From positions 558,605 through 622,604 of the forward strand of contig JAKMXF010000199.1 of assembly GCA_024704765.1 (NCBI GenBank): a stretch of DNA of 64,000 nucleotides, in the 5' to 3' direction. The notes beneath the pieces are model-generated. The model was not told the DNA's origin, searched no databases, and saw only the letters and a program-made list of their open reading frames with translations. This DNA is from Oopsacas minuta (lineage: Eukaryota; Animalia; Porifera). Positions 22,336 through 35,333 of this stretch are shown here, piece after piece (within the stretch, counting starts at the first letter, position 1; the number at the start of each line of letters is the position of its first letter). The position numbers and the translations under genes were made by a program.

Positions 22336-25019
22336 CACAGTTGCAAATGGGTCACATAAAATGACAATGACCCATATGATCCATGAGTCACTGTCCCATT
22401 AAATTATTATCTGATCCATCCTGACCCAATATCTATCTGATTATCATAAGAAAATATAATGCATGTATATGGTTTGACACAATCATGAAATCAAGTTGTT
22501 TGTTTTTCCTTCTAACTCGATCGAGACAGCTTCGATAGTCTCTGGCAACATTGCATTACGTTGAGATTTTATTATATGCCGGGCATTAAAGGTACTGAAG
22601 CTTTATAGATGAATGCAGTTGCTATTGGTATACCTGTAGACATACGTATATATTCCTCGCACTTCATGGTATTCCAAACTTTCAATATAATGATGACCAT
22701 TATTAACTCTATCATCAAGAACAAGATACAGTCAACTCCGCTTAATCGGGACACATCTGTTCCAGGCCTTTTGTCCCGATTAAGCGGAGTTCCCGATTAA
22801 CCAGAGAAATCATGTTAATGATAATATAACAGGGATTCTTTATTTTTTCAGTCACAGAACCCATAATTGCATAAAGCAATATATCCACTGTATGATTGAG
22901 CCATTCCCACCCAAAAGTAAGGAAATTGAAATTTTGGATGCAGGGGATTGTTTGGCATTTCTGGGAACAATTTTGATGATAATCACTAATAAATAGAAAT
23001 AAATTAATAAGGTTACTGCCTAATATAGTGTACCTGACTGAAACTACACACGAAAGTTAAGGGAAATCAAGAAAAATATTTCTCAACAGTGGTTTGTGAC
23101 TTGTTGGATGGAAGTCTTGTAAATATTACTTCAGCACAGGTATCTAATGCTTTTTGTGCTACATCACAAAATCCTTGTAAATAAAATATCGTTGCAAGTT
23201 TTGAATTGACTCCGTGGCTATAGCATGAGGAACCATTGGTCGAACAATTACTTCTTCTTCGTCATCTTCTGAGTCACCCTGAACACAAGCCCGTTTACTT
23301 ATAATCCCCTCAAAAATATAATCATCCCAGTTACATGAATCATCAAAGTATGGAGCATCTTTGTCAATGTTCAGATAGTCATCTCCGTTTGTCACCTCTT
23401 TTAAGACTCGTTCCTCATCTATCAATGCTGACTCTTCTACATTTGCAAGTGTTCCGAACCCGGACTTGTGGACAGTTAGCAATAGTAGCCTGTTTCACAA
23501 GTAGCCAGCTCCTAGCAAGGAAGTACATAGCATCTTGAAGCGAAATTTTGGAACTAATATCGATGGCTGTAACTAAGGAGTTGATTACATTTTCATCAAT
23601 ACACTTATGATCATCTGGATCAATTCTTTCCCATAGAAAATCTTTAGGTTTTTGACAATGCCTTGATCCAAAGGTTGTATGAGTGAGGTCGTATTTGCAG
23701 GGAGAAATTCTAGTCGAATATTTCTGAGTGATTTAATTTGAGGATGTGCAGGACAATTATCGATAGTAACAAGATTACGATTATCTCTAATCAGAGCTAC
23801 ATCCCAATCCATAACCCATTGTTGAAATAATACACTCGTCATCCAGGCACTACTGTTGGTAAAGTACATTACTGGCAAAGTGTCCAGATTAATCCCTTTG
23901 AAACATCTTGGCATTTTACTCTTTCCAATTACGAGGGGTTTTAGTTTGTCACTCCAAGACATATTAACATACAAGAGGACTGTAATACGTTCTAATGCAT
24001 TCTTACTGCCATTAAGCTGTTCATATGAATAACACAAAGAATTGTCTGGAGTGGCACGATAATACAGACCTGTCTCTTCCGCATTGTATATTAGAGGTGT
24101 CATATTCTCTAAGAAACTCTAAGTCGACACTTGCTTTTCCCCATAAGCATGCTTAGATTTGATCTGGGACGGCCCTTCCATCTTGATAGCCAACCCTCAG
24201 TCGCAATAAAGCCATGTCTGCCCAATTTTTAGCGATTTCCTCTGCTTTGGTCTTCAATACCAATCCACTAATTCTTACACCATTATGAATGACAGTTTTG
24301 AATCATTGATTTAGTGCTACATCGATTTCTGGATCTTTCCCATCTCTTTCCCTCTTCCTGGATGTGTTTACCGCTTTCTTTTCCAAAAACTTAACAGGTA
24401 GCTCTTCTTCCTGCTTAAGCAGTCTCGCAATTGTGGATTTGGGGGTCGAGAACAGGTCAGAGAGAAAACTTAAAGTTCTCATTTGAGGTGGCTGCAACTT
24501 GATCTTGTCAAGTATGTGAATTTTGTCAGGTAGCGTTGGGTCATTACGTTTGGCCATTTGAAATTCAAGCGACAGGTCTACTCGTACAATATTGGATTCA
24601 TATCTATGTTTAGGTACTCATGTATATTTTACTTAAGGTTGCATTGCATATGCATTGTGCTTGAACTACGTTGTTCCCTGTTAAAAAAGCAGAAATTTGG
24701 CCCAATTAAGCGGAAATTTTGTCCATTCACCTATTCTTTGCTAGAATTTGCTTAGATCAAGTGCACTTTCTTTTTCATTGAGTCAATAATTTTTACTCGA
24801 TTACCAGAGTTTGTCCCGATTAACCGCAAATATTTAGTATTAACTTTAATGGAGATGATCCCATTAGTGGAGATTTGTCCCAATTAAGCGGAGTTGACTG
24901 TACTCTGAAGTAGTAACTCGCACACAAACATACATTGTATATGAAATGATGAATAAAACCTTAATGTGTCATGACCTATAATGCGTGACCAATGACCCAC
25001 CGACCTATTTGCAGCTCTG
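22336..25019. mobile_element. Non-autonomous hAT element (~0.5 kb) interrupted by a pogo
   Basis: TIRs cacagttgcaaatgggtc / gacctatttgcagctctg, 8-bp TSD atctattg vs atttattg, and internal tgaccc motifs. Confidence 0.7.
22729..24900 (-). mobile_element. pogo/Tigger element (DD30D), fragmented transposase
   Basis: TA-flanked 25-bp TIRs CAGTCAACTCCGCTTAAT(C/T)GGGACA. ORF pieces 24303-24557, 23585-24103 and 23159-23482 carry YNAEETGLYY, IDNCPAH and IQPLDQGI. Confidence 0.9.
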
Positions 25020-26718
25020 ATTTATTGAGTATGAGTTTGTAATTTCACCATTAGCATTACAAATTTGATGTAACTCACTACTCTAAATATTGTAGTTTGT
25101 ATGTCATACACCCAAAGTGATCAGTATTTGTGCGATAGCTTGTATCACGAAATATTCAAAATTTGAATTATTCCTGAAAATTATATTAATTTACCACTCA
25201 TTGTTATATTAGGGCCATTTTTTTCATAGAAACTATTATCCCTACTGTCTATATCTTGCATTAAACCGTAAAAGGGTATGATGACCAGGATATTGAAGTG
25301 ATAGGTTGGGGTCTATGTTTTCTATGTGCAAAAATATAAGATTATTTTCAGGAAACAATATTTTTCACTCTTTACCCACGGGCCAAGCATTAAAACTGTT
25401 GATTTTCAACTCAATTAGTGAATATAGCGAATAGTTTTATTCATTATATGCTTATATTATCTATTTTTAATTTGGATTGTTTTTGATAGCACAGTTTATT
25501 GTCCTTAAATCTGGAATGTAGCTCAGGGATTTATCCAGGAATTTCTGGTTCGGAACTTTATCTTGAAAGAACTCTGCTGGGATGTTACTTTAAGTCAATA
25601 ACATATTACTCCTATAGTAATTTGAATCTCGCTGTCAACACCCTATCACCTTTATCGCTGCTGAACTAGCACTTTATGTACTCGAACACCCTTGATGGAC
25701 ACCATTATTCTCAATAAGCTTTAGTCTCGCCGTTCCCGAATTTGTCGTTCACGGAAATTTCAGGAATATAACCCCCTCGATCGACGAGGGATTCCTGCAC
25801 TGCAATGTCTAGAATAACTAGAATTCACAAAGTTGTACCTAAATAGGTGTGATATCGTACTAGCACGCTTCGTTCGATAGGCCGCTGCACAACAGCTTAG
25901 TGCATAAACTACTTTTAAAATTAAACAGCTAAATGTTTATGCTTTTGGTCGCTACGCGAGCATATACATGGCACTACGTGCATCGGGGTCAATTTTCTGT
26001 AGAAATTTTATATTACCTATGGTACATCCAAATCCATTTATTGGCCTTCTGTGGTAATACAAGGGCTGCTATCTAACTTTTGGCAAGTAATTCGCACATT
26101 TCGTGACTCGAATATTGTAAATTCCCAAATATATCGAAATTCCTAAGATTTTGAATTTTTGCTGTCTTGATGATGTGATAATACCGTGATGGGTATGCAT
26201 TTAATAAAATCATCAGGTTATGACATTTGGCCTAATGAGGGGTACCTGCGAATCCACATTAAAACTTCGATAATTTATTTTAGCTGAGCTGTTGCTAACA
26301 TTGTTATTTTTCGTAATTTCGAAGAGTGACAGTAGAGTCATAATTACGTCATAGACGTGAATTTTGGCCAAGACTCAAATTTCCCCGAACCAAGACCAAA
26401 ATACCCGTGTACAAAACGGACACCATGTGGTCCGTTTCGTAAAATACCTTATTCGGGCCGAACAATTACCTACGTATTTGATTTTGCTCGGCAGATCTTT
26501 TTTGTATTTGTGATGTCATATTTAGGTGTGCTACTTGGCGATATTGAATGTATTTGTGCCTCGATGTATATATTATTCCCGGAATTTACAGGCACTTTGG
26601 GCTGTTAGAAAATTCACGCTTAGAAAATTAATCATATACACAACAGTTAAAGATACGATAATTAGAAATCAGTTATGAAATTCAGTACACCGACTTACAC
26701 ATGTGCAACAGTTTAAAT

Positions 26719-26975
26719 CAGGGTGCTCAAACTGTGGCACGAGATACCATTCGCTGTAGCCCGCAGGAATTTCCCTTGATTTTCATTATTCATTAAGAAT
26801 ATACACTAACGAGCATAATAATTTCAACACAACTAAATATATAATTTTATATCCTGGCCATGCGGCGAATGTTTAAATATTCCTACTTTAATAGCACTGA
26901 AAGAACTATATGACTGTGTTACTTAGCATTAGCCTGATTAAACACTGAAAATGTATAATCAAATATTCTATAGCC
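26719..26975. mobile_element. hAT-like MITE whose right end is interrupted by the Chapaev
   Basis: Left end cagggtgctcaaactgtggc; the remnant right end gccacactttg resumes after 29899. Confidence 0.4.
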
Positions 26976-29899
26976 CACGGGTAACTGAAAAAACATTATG
27001 ACAAAAAAATGAGATCGTTGAGATTTTTTCACTTTCTTAAACAGAATTTTGTGAGGAATCCGAATATACACTCCAAATAATTTTCCTACCATTAAAATTT
27101 TTTTAACAGACTATACAAAAATTTATGAAATCAAAAAAATTCTGGCTACAACAATTTTAACATATCCCGATTTTTAATATATTATCGTGATCCTTCGCTG
27201 ATATACTTCTTTCTAGAATTCAATTTAATTACTAGTTACCTAATGGAATTGATGTTTTTAACGAATTCCTATCCGAAATGTCATTACCATGGCAACAAAA
27301 TGAAACGTAAGAATTTACGCAATAGTTTTCAATCTAGCTAAGTAGTACTTGTATGATATTATATTTAGGATATATACGTGTAATTATTGATTAATTCAGT
27401 TAAAGCAAATGAGTGAAGAAACGAAACATGAACATGCAAAAACTAGAATTTGTCGTTGGTGTTGTTCGAAAGTTGGAAAAATTGTTTTGAGGAATCATCA
27501 CCTAAAGGACACTAAGTTAGGTGAATTATACAACCAATATTTGGAACCAATCAATATTTTAGAAGATAATCGCCCTTATATCGTGTGTAATACTTGTAAG
27601 CCTACTTGTTTACTCTATCTTCAGGGGATACCACGAGGAAAACACCCGCACGATATGATTGGCCTATAATTCGTAACACGCGCTTAAACACCTGCCGCAT
27701 TGGGAACTTATGTTCACTGTGTGCCGAGAGGTCAAGGTTCGGTCGCAAGAATCAAGCTTCATCTTCGATAATCCATATAAATCCAGGAAGACCAACAATC
27801 AATTCACCTCAAACGACGATCAAGATATGCAACAAATGTGCGAGTCGTGTTAGTCCTGGAGTTAGTCATATCTGTTTGAAAAAGACATTGATTACCAACG
27901 CACATAATATGTTGGAACACCATAACGCTATTGATACATTCGTTGGTGATAATGTATACCAAAGATTACATGAATGTAGCCACAACAAATCTTCAATTCA
28001 GTTGCCTAAAACTTCAGGTGGGAATCCGTTTCATCTTTCTGTCTCCTCTTCCAGTACTGACGAACGTCCAGCTAAATTACCAAAAATGGATTTCTCTCAC
28101 ATCGCGAATTTGAAGTGTTCAGGAATGTCATTGTCTAATAAGCAGTTAAAGGTAGTAATTCGAATTATTAGAGATGTTGGAGTACCATGCCCATCAATGG
28201 ATGCTCCTATAGAGAACGACATTTGTTGTGCGACGAAATATTCGAATGCATCCAGATTGAGCTGGACTATAGTAAAGAGAAATACAAGTCAGAATATAGG
28301 AACTCCTGGATGGTGAGATGTTGCAATATCGATGCCCTGATAGAAAAGATCTTTAATATCAGCGGAGAAATATCGGTACATGATCTTCATTTCAAGCTTG
28401 GATTAGACTTTAGCCGTGGTTTCACTAAACTACTTATGTGTCTACAGAATGATAATTCTGTCGATAACCTGGTTTATCTATGGGTTACGAGTGCCCCTGA
28501 GTGTAATTATAACTTCTTCGTTATGCTTCAAGATGACCAGATAAAACGGCAGATGGAAGAATACAATGTTTAATTTACGGTAGATTTGAAAGCTGCTAGT
28601 TATTGTTTGGGAATAATGAACGGACGTCACCCTTGTATATGGTGTACTTGGGACAATAGAAGGGGTTTAGACAGTGTTCAGTGGGAAGAACGATCATCTG
28701 CTCACCATCTAGAGATGTTTCAAAAGCTTCAAGATATGTATCAGGGAGATTCTAAGAATCATGCAATTGACTGCGATGGTATTGAGGATCGCCAAGCACT
28801 AAATGTATGGCTGGTAGATTTCATGCAAATGTTTAATCTTCCCGAGTTACATCTGTTACTTGGGATAGGACAGAAGTTATACGATGCCATCCTCATCACA
28901 ATGTCTGAGGACGAAAAATAACACCATGAAGCAATACTAAAAAAACTGAATATTCATAGACATGCTTACCATGGAGGAGCATATGAAGGTAATGCAATGA
29001 GGAAAATCACAAAGGAGGTATTGGAACTCGGGTTTCCAAAGATTAATTCGTCTTATATCACGCTTGTAAATTCAGGGATGTTGTTGATTCTTGCTTCGGG
29101 AAACACATAAAGGGAGATTTCAAAATGGCAGTATATCATTTTGAACAATCATTTAAACAATCAGGACTTTCTTGCTCTACAAAAGTTCATGTTCTATGTA
29201 GGCACCTAATTCCGTTTATCACGAATTATCTTCCAGATGGAATGGGTTTAGGATCAGTTTCAGAACAGGCATTTGAATCTGCCCATTCTAGATTTGGCAG
29301 AGTTTGGGAGACAAGATATAAATGTCAAGAGGAAAATGAAAAATTTCCAGAGTGCTTATTAAACACAGTATCAGATGTTAACTTCGTCAATTTCATAAGT
29401 AAATCATAGTATGGTAAGCTAGGTCATGTTCTACATTACATTATATTTGGAATAAAAATAATTGGTTAAGTTAAGGTTAAGCATCAATAATTACACGTAT
29501 ATATCCTAAATGTAGTATCATACAAGTACTACTTAGCTAGATTGAAAACTATTGCGTAAATTCCTACGTTTCATTTTGTTGCCATGGTAATGACATTTTG
29601 GATAGGAATTCGTTAAAAACATCAATTCTATTAGGTAACTAGTAATTAAATTGAATTCTAGAAAGAAGTATATCAGCGAAGAATCACGATAATATATTAA
29701 AAATGGGGATATGTTAAAATTATTGTAGCCAGAATTTTTTTGATTTCATAAATTTTTGTATAATCCGTAAAAAAGATTTTAATGGTAGGAAATTTTTTTG
29801 GAGTGTATATTCGGATTCCTCACAAAATTCTGTATAAGATAGTGAAAAAATCTCAACGACCTCATTTTTTTTGTCATAATGTTTTTTCAGTTACCCGTG
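26976..29899 (+). mobile_element. Chapaev (CMC-group) transposon, full length
   Basis: CACGGG...CCCGTG termini, 4-bp TSD AGCC on both sides, and ~416-bp imperfect TIRs (26976-27391 / 29483-29899). Confidence 0.88.
27409..29409 (+). pseudogene. Chapaev transposase with Chapa (RAG1-N-terminus-like) zinc domain
   Basis: N-terminal H..CRWC...P..VCNTC...W...CSLC. Core motifs LGLDFSRGFTK, VDLKA...HPCIWC, PELHLLLG, YHGGAYEGN and CSTKVH..RH...GLGSVSEQAFESAH. Several stops and frameshifts. Confidence 0.8.
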
Positions 29900-30070
29900 A
29901 GCCACACTTTGTTCATTAATACGATAATGAGATAATTGCAAATTCAATACTAATTGTACAAACTGAAATGAAATGAAACAATTCTGATAGCATATTTGAA
30001 TTCTACTGCTCTGTGCTATCCAGCTATGATATTTACACCAAATTTTATTGACCTATGAGCATTTTCATAC

Positions 30071-30262
30071 TCGTGCCACAAGTGGCACATATCAAGTATA
30101 TCATTAGGTATGTGAATAAAATTTTGTAGTAATCCACTTATTTCCAACGATACAAATATTTGCTAGTCAGTTTAGAGAATCTAAACGATTTCATACTGTA
30201 ATCCATCGTTGTGCCAATATTCTAGTGATGTGTAGTTTCTGCCACTTGTGGCACAAATATAT
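30071..30262. repeat. Small MITE-like unit bounded by GTGCCAC(A/T)(A/T)GTGGCAC palindromic motifs
   Basis: cgtgccacaagtggcaca near 30073 and tgccacttgtggcaca near 30240 form an inverted pair. Confidence 0.4.
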
Positions 30263-30417
30263 AAATGGTTACAAGTCAAAGTGATAAGCCCTACACAGTT
30301 CGAAAGATTCACATGGGGAATTAATATCCATAGATTTCCAATATGCTATCAGAATGATTCTATCTAGTTGAGTTTTGTGCCATTAGGAATTGAATATGTA
30401 ATTAAGTTCTCTATATA

Positions 30418-30940
30418 CTAGGGCGTTCAATAAGTCTTGCGGGTGATATCATAGGATATGATACAAACACTATACACACTAATTCACTATATTATTTATT
30501 CAAAGTAATCCCCTCCTGCAGATACAGAAAGTTTTAACCTTTCCACCCACTTGTAAAACACATTTCTGTACTCTTCTCCGGGATGGATTTGAAGTACTGG
30601 TACAGGCCCATTCCGAGTGCTTGTAATGTGTTAAAATCTTTGCCTTGAAGGTAGATTTTAAGCTTGGGGAAAAGCCAAAAATCGCACGGAGCTAGGTCTG
30701 GTGAGTATGGTGGATGGGGAAGTAATTCTAACCTTTCTACATCCAGAAATTTTTGGTAAGCTTAGCTGTATGGGAACTCGCGTTATCAATTAAAATCTTC
30801 ATTCCTCGAGTTCCGGTTTTCGGGCGGTACCATTCTATATTTTTTATCAAATTTGGAAGCACTTGTTCTGTAAAGAAAGTAGCAGTAACAGCCTTGCCAC
30901 TCTCACAAGGTAATTGCAAGACACTTCCATGACTACTGAA
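30418..30940 (-). mobile_element. 3' half of a mariner element (partner of 39980-40720 plus 43531-43610)
   Basis: TA plus TIR ctagggcgttcaataagtcttgcggg. The minus strand reads FSSHGSVLQLPC, IDNASSH, LPHPPYSPDLAPCDFWLFPKL and KWVERLK...GGDYF. Confidence 0.85.
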
Positions 30941-31119
30941 CCGGAACACAAGAGTTGTCAGCTAATTTAGATTGAAACCAATTTTAAAACTTGCGACAAA
31001 TATTGTGATGGAAATATTTTTAATAACAGTTTCGAAATCTATACAAATTCTGTGCCCAACCTGTAAATTTCGTAGGACCCGTATTTTTTTGACCGAGATC
31101 ACGATTTCAGAGACCCGTG
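30941..31119 (-). mobile_element. Displaced left end of a second Chapaev element
   Basis: Ends ...agagacccgtg followed by ctta (reverse complement TAAG) and is homologous to 44870-45006. Confidence 0.7.
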
Positions 31120-31759
31120 CTTAGAGTAGGGTACAAGGATGCCTCATTTTTATGTTTATCCAATCATAACTCGATTATTGTTATACTTGTCAACGAATCA
31201 GGATAAGCTATTTGTTAGAATTTCTGGCTTCCCATAGCCTGATAATACATTCTGATATGATAAGTCTTACCAATATATCATAGAACAAAAAACATACAAT
31301 TTCAAACTGTTTTGGAACAATTTTGTGAGAAAAAGTGAATGTTCATTTTACCAAAATGTAGTGTAACGCCATTAAGTATGTAAAGAGGAGGTTCTAACTC
31401 ATCATGATTCGTGCTCAGGGAATATTCCAAATTATATCAAATTTAAGAGCTTAAATCATTTTTTCCTCTGAGTTGTATGTCAAAGATAAATCAGTTCTTT
31501 GTAATTATCTGAACCCATAAATATTAGTCAAAATATTATGAGGGAAATGAAATGAAATGAAAGAAAATTTAATTATGAAATTTCTGCAGAAAATAAATGC
31601 CATATGGTGCCATAGGGCAAAGTTTTACGCTTTGTGATGAAAGAGAGGGAGGCGCGAAGTTCCGATGAGTATTTTTTGCGTTATTATTTTATCATATATA
31701 TTTGTTATTAGCATTATAGTATTAATATATCTCAATCCTCTTCTCCCATATCTAAGAAA

Positions 31760-34221
31760 TATAAAATCGTGTCAGGAGCTTCAAGACAATCTTTGATGAG
31801 TCAGTTCATGGTTTGCACTCATCAGCATAAACATTCGCACCCTGAAACGGATGCCAATGTTCTCACCCAGCAGCCCCAAACCTCGCCCCAAACCTCTCAT
31901 GGCAGCGGACAGACTCAGTCCAGGATGAAAGGACGTCAGTTTCGAGAAGAGTGAAAGTTAACCTTTCCGTGGCTTGTAAGCAAGGGACGGGAAATGTTTT
32001 TTTGCAACATGTGGTCGTGGATGACAGAAGGTAAACGCTGGTCTCGTACTGACCAGTTTTCTGCCAAATTCACTGTAACTGGGTTTCTAACTGGAAGAAA
32101 GCGCTGTCTGGAGCTATGAAGTCGGATGGGAAACACTCTGCTGAAAGTTTCAAAAGCATGAGCGAAGCGAAGCACATGCCAGGCTCTAGTTGCTTTTACA
32201 ACCTCGCAACAAGGGAATGATACTGTTAGACTGCTCAGCGAGGCATTCAAGGCGTCAAAGATTAAGGGAAGAGCCGCTATGACTGCAATATTCGAGTATT
32301 ACAGATTTTTGGCCAGCAAGGACTTCCGTTTCGTGGACATCTTCAAAACACCGGTAATGCTACCGAGTTCCTCAAGCTGTGCGGAAGGTTCGACCCCTCC
32401 ATCGCAGAATGGATCTGCCTATCGTCAACCCAGGACAGTAGCAAATACACTTGGACTAACTGGGACACTCAGAATGATGTGTTGCTGACTATGTCACACA
32501 TGGTGCTACGCAAAATAGTCCAAGATGTTCACAATTGTGGGTATTGGTCTCTGTTAATTGACGAATCTCAGGATATCACAGCGAAAGAGCAGGTTGTCTT
32601 CGCTCTGCGTGTAGTTCGCCCAGACCCCTTTGATGTGTCTGGACAATTCCTCGGATTCGCAGAGACAGCTGAAACTACTGGGGATGCACTGGCGAAGCTG
32701 GCTGAGGTATCTCTAACTGCAATAGGTCTTGACTTTCAGGGAATGCGTGGGATGGCATTTGATGGTGCAGCTTCAATGACGGGCAAGAGCAAGAGAGTTC
32801 GAACTCGCCTGGGAAGCAATTATCCGTTTGCACGGTTTTCATATTGTAAGGGACACTGCCTCAACTCGGTCCTACAGGAAGCTGTGAGACAGGGTGCTTC
32901 CATGAGGAGATGCATTGACATAATACAGTCAGTGATTGTCTATGTGAAGAGTAGCCCGAGAAGGCTTGCTTCGTTCACTGAATTCGAGAACGGGCAAGAA
33001 GATTATGTGGAGACTGAGAAGTTGAAAAAGTTGTGTCCAACGCGATGGGTCATGCGGATGCTGGCTGTGAGAGCAATACTTCAGAACTACGCACACTTAC
33101 TGGATTGGTTCCAGCAGCAATTCTCGGAAGGAAAAACAGAAGACAAGCAAGCAACCCTCATTCACATCAACAACCTTAGCGACTTCTCTGTTTTCTTTTC
33201 TTTGAATACTCTGATGCGACTGTTCGCGATGGTGCATCCAATACACAAGTGGGTTCAAGGAGTCAACATCACGATTTCAGAGACCAGAAAGTCCTTCGCG
33301 ACGCTAGTTAGACTGCTGCATCTTGAGGCTGTTGTCCAAGGTGGTGAGTTTACCGTCAATGCAAGGCTACTTCCGATGAACTGGACCTAGAGGCTCCCAC
33401 TGTTCCACAGGGTCTGAATATTTCAGAGAGACGTCGTATTGGAGGGAGAATAGTTCCAGTTACTGAGTCCGACATCGAGACGTACTTCATGTCTCAGTAT
33501 AGGGCTCTCTTTCAAACTGCTCTCGATGAGATCGAAGAACGTTTCCATGTGGACGAGGCTATTGTGGCCCTAGAAGATGTTCTCATTCGTTATCCAGAGA
33601 CTGAGGCATCAGAGGTGGTCATCAGGACTGTTAGTGAGGTGTTCACAGCGGATGTGGATGCCAAAAGGCCCTTAGACGTGAAGGTGAAGACTGAGGCTAA
33701 TCAAACAGACAGAGATGGGTGGCATGTTCTGGACTTTGTGTCGGAATTTCAGTCTGATTCCATGTTGCCCGTGGTCCTACCTAACTTTTGTTCCTGTTTA
33801 CGTCTGCTCCTTGTCCAAGCTTCAACCACTTGTACTGCATAGCGCGCCTTCTCTGTTATGAGGAGGCTGAGGACTCACCTCAGAAGCACATGTGGTCAAG
33901 CTCGTTTCAATCACAGAGTAATCTGTCACGAGCACGCAGACCGCTTGGACAGAGTCGATATCCAAGACGTAGTGGATGAATGGAGAGATTCCAAAGGCAT
34001 AGCGGTGAGACAGAAACAGGCGGCCTCAAGGTAGAGTGGAACAACAAATAATATGTATGAGATTCAAATGACCCATATATTTAATCTGTACCAATATTTG
34101 TTAGTACAATTTGAGTTAATATCTAAAGTCGGGCGCGGTTGTTACAGCCACTCTACTGGCCCCTTCTAAAATTATCTAGGAGGGGGCGCATGTCCCCCTG
34201 CACCCCCATGTTTGCGCCTTG
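31760..34221 (+). mobile_element. Degraded, GC-richer hAT element (ZMYM1-like/DUF4371-type)
   Basis: Fragments LLIDESQDIT..EQVV, FDGAASM, CKGHCLN, LCPTRWVMR and the C-terminal LRSTCGQARFNH. Right TIR catgtttgcgccttg; left TIR not found. Confidence 0.8.
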
Positions 34222-35333
34222 GTTTTCATGATACGTCGAATGTTCTGTTCTATAAATGAATTAGCGCACGAAAGTTGTGACGCCTTTAACGGTTTGGGGG
34301 ATGAAGGGATTAAAGATTTCTGGGATATACTGTACTACGATGGAATGGAATTTGTATACGGGAGCCTATTGGTCCGATTTACAGTGGGCAGAAATAGGTA
34401 CTTAAGTGGAACACGCCATGTAGCCTCAATCAACTATGTGAATGAATTTAAGTATATACAGTAAATCGGCATAAAATCGATTGGAAGCCTAAAATGAACT
34501 TCCAAGTCGAATTTTGCGTGTATTTGTAGCATTCAGAACTATGTTAGAAAAGAATAATATTATGTAAGAAAAATCGTAAAAATGAGATGATATATTAAGA
34601 AATTATGTATTTGTATGTCCTTGTCTACATAATTAAACCTCACAGATTAATTTATCTCCAAAAAATAGTAAATTCCATTACCTGATTAAGGTATACGGAC
34701 TTAACTGAAACAAAAATATAAAATTTCTGAACGATTCGCTATTTAATTGTATTAATATTCAGACCATTTTTGAAATTTTTAATGTATTCAAAGTAACATA
34801 CATGAAAACCTACAAAAATAGAATTTATTGTACAGTGAAAATGTAATACATATGAATTGAAAGATGGCCAAGTCCCGCCCTCGCGCGCACCTGGAAAATA
34901 GCATTATTTAAGCTACTTAACAGAGGTAAAATATTAATAACTGAGATCTTTGAGACGGTAGAGTACACGAAATATTTCTGAGTAATATATGCAAAAGAAT
35001 CTATGCCCAACTATATGCACAGCTCAATCTGCTTCCATAACATTCATTATGAGTTATGCAATTTTTTGAATTCGGACCCGCCATTTTGCATTATTATATA
35101 ATTTGAAAGTTCTGAATATTCGATTTTAAGTAATATGTAGCTACTCAATCTGCATTATTAATCTATAGGAAATCGACGCTGAGAAAATCATTGTCATCAT
35201 CAATTGTTTTGTAGGGCTTGGTTAATTTATGCTATGCCGTCATTCGAAAAAAATGCGGTTTGGACAGAGTACTAAGTAGGAATCAATTCAATAATTTTAT
35301 TCACTTATGCGAGAATATCAGCTGGAATATATA

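Noticed and set aside
25377-26409. CACGGG...CCCGTG pair suggesting a third Chapaev-type element
   Set aside because: Only 6 bp of inverted match and a 3/4 TSD match (tacc/taca), with no internal homology seen.
26976-29899. Possibility of a ProtoRAG/RAG1-RAG2-like transposon
   Set aside because: There is a single ORF region, no RAG2-like kelch ORF and no RSS-like heptamer/nonamer TIRs. The TSD is 4 bp rather than the 5 bp typical of Transib/ProtoRAG.
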